A DNA stretch of 64,000 nucleotides. Source: Candidatus Magasanikiibacteriota bacterium (GTDB taxonomy: Bacteria > Patescibacteriota > Patescibacteriia > Magasanikbacterales > GWA2-37-8). The stretch is taken from the NCBI GenBank assembly GCA_009694865.1, contig SICD01000001.1:403-64402 (forward strand). Reading direction: 5' to 3'. Below are positions 57,263-64,000 of the stretch, piece after piece (the first letter of the stretch is position 1; each line of letters starts with the position of its first letter). The notes under the pieces are model-generated. The model saw only the letters and a list, made by a program, of their open reading frames with translations, had not been told where the DNA came from and did not search any database. Both the position numbers and the translations under genes were made by a program.

Positions 57263-60092
57263 ATTTAAGCACACGTTTAAGGTATTGCCCGGTGAAAGAA
57301 GCGGATTTCTTAGCAACTTCTTCCGGTGTCCCGCTGGCAACAACCTCACCCCCCTTATCCCCCCCCTCCGGCCCCAAATCAATAATCCAATCCGCGCATT
57401 TAATCACATCCAAATTATGTTCAATCACCATCACGGTATTCCCTTGTCCAACAAGTCGTTGGAGCACATCAAGCAACTTCCGCACATCATCATAATGCAA
57501 ACCCGTCGTCGGCTCATCCAGCAAATACAACGTCTTAGTCGTGCCGTGTTTTGCCAACTCCCGGCTAAGTTTAATCCGCTGTGCTTCCCCGCCCGACAGC
57601 GTCGTTGCCGATTGTCCCAAGGTTAAATAATCCAACCCCACCTCATTTAACATTTTCAATTTATCTTCCACCAGCGGAATATCTTTAAAAAACTCTTCCG
57701 CGTCTTCAATTGTCATGTTCAAAACATCCGAAATATTCTTGTCTTTATAATGCACCTGTAAAATTTCGTTGGTAAACCGTTTGCCGCGGCACACATCACA
57801 AATAATTTGCACGCTCGGCAAGAAATGCATCTCAATTTCTAAATTTCCTCGGCCTTCACAGTTTTCACAACGCCCACCTGGGACGTTAAAGCTAAATTTA
57901 CCAGATTTGTACCCCCGAATTTTTGCCTCTGGAGTTGACGCGAATAATTCCCGAATAAAATCGAAGGCTTTCGTATACGTCGCCGGGTTACTACGCGGCG
58001 TGCGCCCAATCGCGCTCTGGTCAATCGTAATCATCCGATCAATATATTCGGTCCCGGTGATTTCCAAATGCTTGCCGACCGATTTATTAAGACGAAATAA
58101 ACGATTGTTAATCGAGCGATGCAAAATATCGTGCATTAAAGTAGATTTTCCCGATCCGGAAACACCGGTAAGGCATACAAACCGTCGCAGAGGAATCTCC
58201 ACGGTAATATTTTTCAAATTATGTTCCGTCGCTTTCTTAATTTTAATTTTCGGCGTCGCCCCATCTACTTTCCGTCGCTTTTCGGGTACAGGAACTTTTA
58301 ATTCGCCGCGGAGGTATTGGCCGGTGAGAGATTTTGCTGGGTCGCCTTGGGTAGCGGCAAATACGGACTGCCCCCTCGAGGGGGCCTCACGGGGGTGTAA
58401 GACCGCTGCGTGGCCGTTTCGACTTCGCTCAAGGCCACCCTGAGCAAGGTCGAATTGGTGGCGGTCGTCGATTGAGCGACGCAAAGGACTCACACCCCCC
58501 CGAACGCCCTGCGGGGCGCCCCCCTCGAGGGGGGATTTGGCGAGCATCACCTCTAACGGCCCCGAAAACACCACTTCCCCACCATGCTTCCCCGCCCCCG
58601 GTCCAATGTCCACAATCCAATCACTCACCATAATCGTATCCTCATCATGCTCCACAACAATAATGGTATTCCCCACATCACACAAATTCCGGAGCGTCCT
58701 CACTAGTCGGTCGTTATCCCGTTGATGCAACCCAATCGTTGGTTCATCCAGTACATACAAAGCACCAACCAGTCGCGTGCCCACTTGTGATGCTAACCGA
58801 ATACGCTGTGCCTCACCTCCCGACAGAGTGCCCGCTTTCCGATTAAGTGTTAGATAATGCAAACCAACATCAAACATGAACTGCAAACGATTGCAGACTT
58901 CCTTCAATACCGCCCCGGCAATTTCGCGTTGCGTTTCCGGCAATTCCATATCCACGCTCGCAAAAAATTCCCGCGCTTCGGCAATCGATAAATTTGTTAC
59001 TTCCCAAATATTTTTATCCACCACTTTCACGCTCAAGGCCGTGGCGTTTAACCGCTTGCCTTTACACACCGGACACTCTTCTTCACTGAATAATTCTTTA
59101 GTGCCCAAACCAGTACACGCTTGGCAATAACCATAAGGACTGTTAAAACTAAACAACCGCGGTTCAATTTCCGGAAAACTAAAACCATCTTTAGGGCAAG
59201 AATATTCGGTGCTATAAATATGTTCCTCGCCGCTGGGGTACAAGACCGTACAAAGGCCGTTGGAAAGTTCCACCGCATTGGCTACTGCTTCGCCCAAACG
59301 CTGTTCAACGTCTTTCTTTGTCATCCCGACAGAGGCTCGCGCCGACGAGGTCGAAGATCCTCCGAGGAGGAGATCTCTGTCTATCGTTTGGTGAGCCAGA
59401 GATTTCTCCTTCGCCGTCGAAATGACAGACAACGCTGCCATTGGAATTTTATCAACAATTACTTCAATAGTATGTTTATCATTTTTTTCTAAAATAACCC
59501 GTTCACGCAAACTTTTTATATTGCCATCCACTCGCACCTCTAAATATCCGGAATTATAAACATCATACAACATCTGATAATATTCGCCTTTGCGTCCGCG
59601 TACTACCGGAGAAAATAAAATTAATTCAGGAGCCTTTTTTGTTTTCCCACCATCTTGTTTTAGTGCTTTTTTAATTTTTTCTATCATCTGATCGGTCGTC
59701 ATTTTCTGAATTTTCGTGCCACAAAGCGGACAATGCGGCTCGCCTACTCGGGCAAATAAAACACGGAGATAATCATAAATCTCCGTGATCGTCGCCACGG
59801 TGGAACGCGGATTCGCACTGTGCGCTTTTTGATCGATCGAAATTGCCGGCGACAACCCTTCAATTTCATCCACATCCGGCTTTTGCATGCCACCCAAAAA
59901 CTGCCGCGCGTAAGCCGACAAACTTTCAATATACCGCCGCTGACCTTCCGCAAAAATCGTATCAAAAGCCAAGCTCGATTTTCCCGAACCTGATAATCCT
60001 GTAAACACAATCATTTTATTCCGCGGCAGTTCCAAATTAATATTCTTGAGATTGTGTTCTCGCGCCCCTTTGATTATAATTTTGTCTTGCAT
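57261..60092 (-). CDS. uvrA: Excinuclease ABC subunit A
   Basis: GAREHNLKN, two Walker A motifs (GSGKS), LSGGEAQRI twice. Confidence 0.97.
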   Translation of the reverse strand: MQDKIIIKGAREHNLKNINLELPRNKMIVFTGLSGSGKSSLAFDTIFAEGQRRYIESLSAYARQFLGGMQKPDVDEIEGLSPAISIDQKAHSANPRSTVATITEIYDYLRVLFARVGEPHCPLCGTKIQKMTTDQMIEKIKKALKQDGGKTKKAPELILFSPVVRGRKGEYYQMLYDVYNSGYLEVRVDGNIKSLRERVILEKNDKHTIEVIVDKIPMAALSVISTAKEKSLAHQTIDRDLLLGGSSTSSARASVGMTKKDVEQRLGEAVANAVELSNGLCTVLYPSGEEHIYSTEYSCPKDGFSFPEIEPRLFSFNSPYGYCQACTGLGTKELFSEEECPVCKGKRLNATALSVKVVDKNIWEVTNLSIAEAREFFASVDMELPETQREIAGAVLKEVCNRLQFMFDVGLHYLTLNRKAGTLSGGEAQRIRLASQVGTRLVGALYVLDEPTIGLHQRDNDRLVRTLRNLCDVGNTIIVVEHDEDTIMVSDWIVDIGPGAGKHGGEVVFSGPLEVMLAKSPLEGGAPQGVRGGVSPLRRSIDDRHQFDLAQGGLERSRNGHAAVLHPREAPSRGQSVFAATQGDPAKSLTGQYLRGELKVPVPEKRRKVDGATPKIKIKKATEHNLKNITVEIPLRRFVCLTGVSGSGKSTLMHDILHRSINNRLFRLNKSVGKHLEITGTEYIDRMITIDQSAIGRTPRSNPATYTKAFDFIRELFASTPEAKIRGYKSGKFSFNVPGGRCENCEGRGNLEIEMHFLPSVQIICDVCRGKRFTNEILQVHYKDKNISDVLNMTIEDAEEFFKDIPLVEDKLKMLNEVGLDYLTLGQSATTLSGGEAQRIKLSRELAKHGTTKTLYLLDEPTTGLHYDDVRKLLDVLQRLVGQGNTVMVIEHNLDVIKCADWIIDLGPEGGDKGGEVVASGTPEEVAKKSASFTGQYLKRVLK
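58371..58534. repeat. Composite family C element in frame in uvrA
   Basis: ccccctcgagg(g) palindromes at both ends; encodes [10 protein letters not shown]...APSRG. Confidence 0.8.
59319..59427. repeat. Family A element in frame in uvrA
   Basis: Encodes [12 protein letters not shown]...ASVGMT. Confidence 0.88.
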
Positions 60093-60094
60093 GT

Positions 60095-60184
60095 GATTCG
60101 ACAGAATCATGCCGAGCAATGTCCTTTGAAGCTCGGCGGATTTAACAGAATCATGCCGAGCAATGTCCTTTGAAGCTCGACGAA
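60095..60184 (-). other. Tandem 44-nt structured motif in the uvrA leader
   Basis: 35-bp exact direct repeat at 60101-60135 and 60145-60179. Confidence 0.75.
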
Positions 60185-60323
60185 TTAGTGGACAGTGTAA
60201 TAGCGTTTAAAAAAATTGCGGCTTACAACGGCGGCACTATAGCATTGTCGCCATTACCACTTTTCTTGATAATTGACAAACCAGTCAGCCATAGATACAC
60301 TTATGGCCAAGGAGGCAACAACC

Positions 60324-60515
60324 ATGTCGGGGAACGAGCGTGAAGCCCGCCGCGGCGGGCAAATCTGTTTTTCTCTGGGTGCTTTGCTCGGCGGACTCTG
60401 TGGCTGGGCCTTCAGCGGCCAGCCGCTCGAGGGGCTAGCGATCGGCCTCAGTATCGGTCTGTTCTTCGGAGGGTTTATCTACCTCCGTGACCGCCGGCCA
60501 CCGCCGGCCATGTGA
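60324..60515 (+). CDS. GC-rich orphan small membrane protein
   Basis: TTGACA(60273)-17-TACACT, AAGGAGG SD, two Gly-rich TM segments. Confidence 0.7.
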   Translation: MSGNEREARRGGQICFSLGALLGGLCGWAFSGQPLEGLAIGLSIGLFFGGFIYLRDRRPPPAM

Positions 60516-60570
60516 GGAGCCGTGTCCCACCTCGTGCCGGGCTCCGCCATCGCGCGGACCCGGCACACTT

Positions 60571-62931
60571 CTACCCATTGCCCCCGACCACTCGGTCGGG
60601 TTTTTTATTAGAGAGCGCTTTGATTTTCGGCGTTCCCGAAACTTTCACCCTCGTCCGCAATTCCCGCAACTCATCCCTGAGTATCGCCGCCAACTCAAAC
60701 TCTAACCCCTTCGCCGCCTCCCGCATCTGTTTCTCTTTATCTTTAATAATTTCCTCCATCGGCCGCGCATCGCCGAGCAAATCCAAATCAAGAGTTGAAA
60801 TCGCTCCGGTGCGGCCTTTTAGCCCTCTCCCGGCTCTCGCGCCTTTTGAGCCTTTAGCATTTCCCCCATCTCGACTAACACCAAACTCTTCGAGAATATT
60901 CCTAATTGTTTTTTCAATCGTCTTCGGCGTAATGCCATGTTCTTTATTATACGCCAACTGAATTGTGCGACGACGGTCTGTTTCTTTAATCGCTCGTTCC
61001 ATGGAACCCGTCATATTATCCGCATACAACACTACTTGCCCATTCACATTCCGCGCCGCCCGGCCAATCGTCTGAATGAGTGACGTTTCACTGCGCAAAA
61101 ATCCTTCTTTATCCGCGTCTAAAATTGCCACCAGTGATACCTCGGGCATGTCAAGCCCTTCGCGCAACAAGTTAACCCCCACCAACACATCATGTTTACC
61201 CAGCCGCAAATCCATAATAATCTCAATCCGTTCCAACGTGAGCACATCACTATGAATATACGCCACTTTAATTTTTTTCTCTTTTAAATACTCCGTTAAA
61301 TCCTCCGCCATTTTTTTCGTGAGGGTGGTCACGAGCACTCGCTCACCCTGCTTAATCCGTTCGTCGATGCGGATAAGGAGGTCCTCGACTTGCGACTTTC
61401 CTAAATTGTCATTCTGAGCCCCGTCAGGGGTGGCCGAAGAATCTTCCTTTTTTCTATTCGGAAGATCCTTCGCTCCGCTCAGGATGACATTTTTATTTTT
61501 ACCGGTGATGGGCCTCACCACCACCTCTGGATCAATCAACCCCGTCGGCCGCACCACCTGCTCCACAACTTGCTCACTTTCCTTAATTTCATAGGGTGTT
61601 GGCGTAGCAGACACGTACACAAGCTGTCCCACACGCTCTTCAAATTCCTTATACTGAAGCGGCCGATTATCACGCGCACTGGGAAGACGAAAACCATGCT
61701 CAACCAGAGTATCTTTGCGTGCCCGGTCGCCATTATACATCCCTCTGATTTGAGGAACGGTAACGTGGGACTCGTCGATGATGGTGAGGAACCCCCGAGA
61801 CATCCCCTCACCCGACCTCTCCCGCGGGGAGAGGAGGCGCTTCCCCTCGCCCCGCGGGAGAGGGACGGAGGGTGAGGGTTCGGTCGCACTATACCTAAAA
61901 TAATCCAACAACGTAAACGGCGGCTCCCCTTCCGCGCGCCCTTCAAAATGCCGCGAATAATTTTCAATGCCGTTGCAATACCCAATATTTTTTATCATCT
62001 CCAAATCATACGCCACTCGCCGCTTTAACCGTTCATATTCCAAAACTTTCCCCTGCCGTTCAAACACCGCGAGTTGTTCGTCGAGCTCGCTTTTGATTCT
62101 CGCAAACGCCTGTTGACGAGAGGCCTCACTCACCACATAATGCTTCGCCGGAAAAAACCAAACATCAGACTCGCGCCTGATGTTTGTCCTGAGGCCGCGC
62201 ACGGCCGAAGGACCCCTCTCATCAACATCCGAACTAGCAAGAACCGCCCGAGTAACACGATCTAATTTTTCAATTCGGTCGATATGGCTCGAGATCTCGA
62301 ATCGATAAATCGCATCCTCATTCACCGGCATTATTTCAAACACCTGCCCGTGCAACCGAAAACTGCCCCGCTTTAGTTCGCTGTTCGTCCGCTCAAATTG
62401 CATCGCGACCAATTGTTCCAACATCGCCCGCCGATCAAGTTCATCCCCCCGTCGCAAATGCAAAACAATTTTTTCATATTCTTTAGGAGACCCCAAACCG
62501 TAAATCGCCGAAACCGATGCCACAATAATAACATCCCGCCGCGTCAACAACGCCTGCGTACACGCATGCCGCAACCGATCAATCTCCTCGTTCACCTGCG
62601 CCTCTTTTTCAATATAAGTATCACTCCCCGGCATATACGCCTCGGGCTGGTAGTAATCATAATAACTAACAAAATATTCTACCGCGTTATCAGGAAAAAA
62701 TTCCCGAAATTCATTACACAACTGCGCCGCCAAAGTTTTGTTATGCGCAATAACAAGCGTTGGCATTTGCACCTGTTGAATCACATTCGCCATCGTAAAG
62801 GTCTTTCCCGAACCGGTTACGCCAAGCAATGTCTGCTTCCGCATTCCCTGCTCCAAACCCAAAACAAGCCTTTCAATGGCTTTGGGCTGGTCTCCATCTG
62901 GCTGGTATTTTGATTTTATTTTGAATTGCAT
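60571..62931 (-). CDS. uvrB: Excinuclease ABC subunit B with three insertions
   Basis: [35 protein letters not shown]. Confidence 0.97.
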   Translation of the reverse strand: MQFKIKSKYQPDGDQPKAIERLVLGLEQGMRKQTLLGVTGSGKTFTMANVIQQVQMPTLVIAHNKTLAAQLCNEFREFFPDNAVEYFVSYYDYYQPEAYMPGSDTYIEKEAQVNEEIDRLRHACTQALLTRRDVIIVASVSAIYGLGSPKEYEKIVLHLRRGDELDRRAMLEQLVAMQFERTNSELKRGSFRLHGQVFEIMPVNEDAIYRFEISSHIDRIEKLDRVTRAVLASSDVDERGPSAVRGLRTNIRRESDVWFFPAKHYVVSEASRQQAFARIKSELDEQLAVFERQGKVLEYERLKRRVAYDLEMIKNIGYCNGIENYSRHFEGRAEGEPPFTLLDYFRYSATEPSPSVPLPRGEGKRLLSPRERSGEGMSRGFLTIIDESHVTVPQIRGMYNGDRARKDTLVEHGFRLPSARDNRPLQYKEFEERVGQLVYVSATPTPYEIKESEQVVEQVVRPTGLIDPEVVVRPITGKNKNVILSGAKDLPNRKKEDSSATPDGAQNDNLGKSQVEDLLIRIDERIKQGERVLVTTLTKKMAEDLTEYLKEKKIKVAYIHSDVLTLERIEIIMDLRLGKHDVLVGVNLLREGLDMPEVSLVAILDADKEGFLRSETSLIQTIGRAARNVNGQVVLYADNMTGSMERAIKETDRRRTIQLAYNKEHGITPKTIEKTIRNILEEFGVSRDGGNAKGSKGARAGRGLKGRTGAISTLDLDLLGDARPMEEIIKDKEKQMREAAKGLEFELAAILRDELRELRTRVKVSGTPKIKALSNKKPDRVVGGNG
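61407..61489. repeat. Family A element in frame in uvrB
   Basis: Encodes [10 protein letters not shown]...GAQND. Confidence 0.88.
61804..61878. repeat. Family B element in frame in uvrB
   Basis: Encodes [25 protein letters not shown]. Confidence 0.9.
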
Positions 62932-62973
62932 GCTGTATGTGTCATTGCGAGGAGGAAAAAATCTACCGCCGAC

Positions 62974-63054
62974 TGTCATCCTGAGTCGGAGCGAAGGATC
63001 TAGTTCGATCAAAATGGCTTACCGACTAGATTCTTCATTTCATTCAGAATGACA
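62974..63054. repeat. Family A palindromic element
   Basis: tgtcatcctgag...cagaatgaca. Confidence 0.85.
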
Positions 63055-63086
63055 GCGTCATTTTTCCCAACCCTCGTCAAACATTA

Positions 63087-63926
63087 TCACACATCCAACG
63101 GACTCACAATCCCCGCGATCGCCGTACTCGCCACATGCGTATAAATTTGCGTCGTCTGCAATTTGGCATGGCCCAACAATTCCTGAATATACCTAATATC
63201 CGTCCCCGCTTCCAAAAGATGCGTAGCGAAACTATGCCGCAACGTATGCGGCGAAACATTTTTTTGTATCCCCGCCTTCTGCGCCGCCGCACCCACAACT
63301 TTCTGAATCGTCGCTTCCGTTAGCCGACTACCTCTACCATTGGTAAAAAGATAATCATCCGCCATTTTTAATTTTTGTTGCTTTAACAAAATTTCTTTCA
63401 ACGCTTTCGGAATAATTGTCTGCCGATCCTTTTTCCCTTTCCCCTGATACACCCGCAAAATCATCCTGTCCAAATCCACATCTCGCATTTTAATGTGCGT
63501 CAACTCACTAACCCGCACTCCCGTGCCATATAAAAGAGAAATAATACAATTGTGTTTAGGGTTTTCCGTCACCTCAATAATTTTGGCCACCTCCGCCTTA
63601 GACAAAACATTGGGCAAATGCTTTTCTTTTTTCGCGCGTGGCAAATTTACAAAAAACCTGCGATACAAAATCTTACCAAAATAAAATAACAGCGCGCTGT
63701 ACGCTGTATTTATAGTAGAAGCAGAAAAATCTTCGCTACTCAAATACTCCAAATATGCCCTCACGTCAGCCTGCGAAACGCTCCGCGCATCTTTATTAGC
63801 AAAACGCAAAAACTCTCCCACATAATGTAAGTAACTTTTAATGGTTTTAACACTGAACCCTCGCAAAACCATCTCCTGCTTAAGCAAAATAACCGGATCC
63901 CTACTTGGCCGATAATGTGTATCCAT
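63087..63926 (-). CDS. Tyrosine recombinase, integron-integrase-like
   Basis: SAM-like N-terminus, YGTGVRVSE, GKGKKDR, HTLRHSFATHLLE, LLGH...TTQIYTH. Confidence 0.9.
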   Translation of the reverse strand: MDTHYRPSRDPVILLKQEMVLRGFSVKTIKSYLHYVGEFLRFANKDARSVSQADVRAYLEYLSSEDFSASTINTAYSALLFYFGKILYRRFFVNLPRAKKEKHLPNVLSKAEVAKIIEVTENPKHNCIISLLYGTGVRVSELTHIKMRDVDLDRMILRVYQGKGKKDRQTIIPKALKEILLKQQKLKMADDYLFTNGRGSRLTEATIQKVVGAAAQKAGIQKNVSPHTLRHSFATHLLEAGTDIRYIQELLGHAKLQTTQIYTHVASTAIAGIVSPLDV

Positions 63927-64000
63927 ACCTTGCTTATGATTACACGTTTATGATAAGATTGTAGCATAAGTTAGGGAAAATATTAAATGGTTGGTATATA

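Noticed and set aside
60095-60184. uvrA leader direct repeat as a mini-CRISPR or LexA box
   Set aside because: Only two units with a 9-nt gap; no recognisable SOS-box palindrome.
2628-63054. Family A repeats as a CRISPR array
   Set aside because: Dispersed, variable in length, no regular repeat-spacer period and no cas genes.
1-64000. tRNA, rRNA, prophage or transposase genes
   Set aside because: None recognised by eye; tRNAscan-SE and profile searches would be needed to exclude them.

Overview
Chromosomal segment of a small-genome bacterium. Gene content (archaeal-type AspRS, short ValRS, cohesin/dockerin surface cluster, DUF3048, DUF192/Flp pilin) points to Patescibacteria/CPR; this is an inference. 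Most host genes lie on the minus strand: argS, tyrS, valS, aspS, two gpmI, eno, pgk, gap, scpAB, tsf, rpsB, rplY, uvrABC, plus rpmE-prfA-prmC on the plus strand. Main observations: (1) a secreted polymorphic-toxin-like protein next to a Flp pilin, whose ~290-residue Val/Thr-rich core is mirror-complementary (paired residues i+j=599), predicting a giant beta-hairpin with an aromatic tip; (2) about 18 short palindromic DNA elements inserted in frame into mostly housekeeping genes, plus in-frame 7-8-mer tandem repeats; (3) seven isolated GC-rich orphan genes, each with a Shine-Dalgarno site and 3' hairpin and most with their own sigma70 promoter; (4) a split oxzAB-like ThiF/nitroreductase/acyltransferase locus; (5) a covarying ~45-nt structured motif in the eno and uvrA leaders; (6) a synonymously recoded duplicate of the uvrA 3' end; (7) an integron-like recombinase with a candidate att site at the window edge. 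All calls come from reading the sequence; no searches were run.
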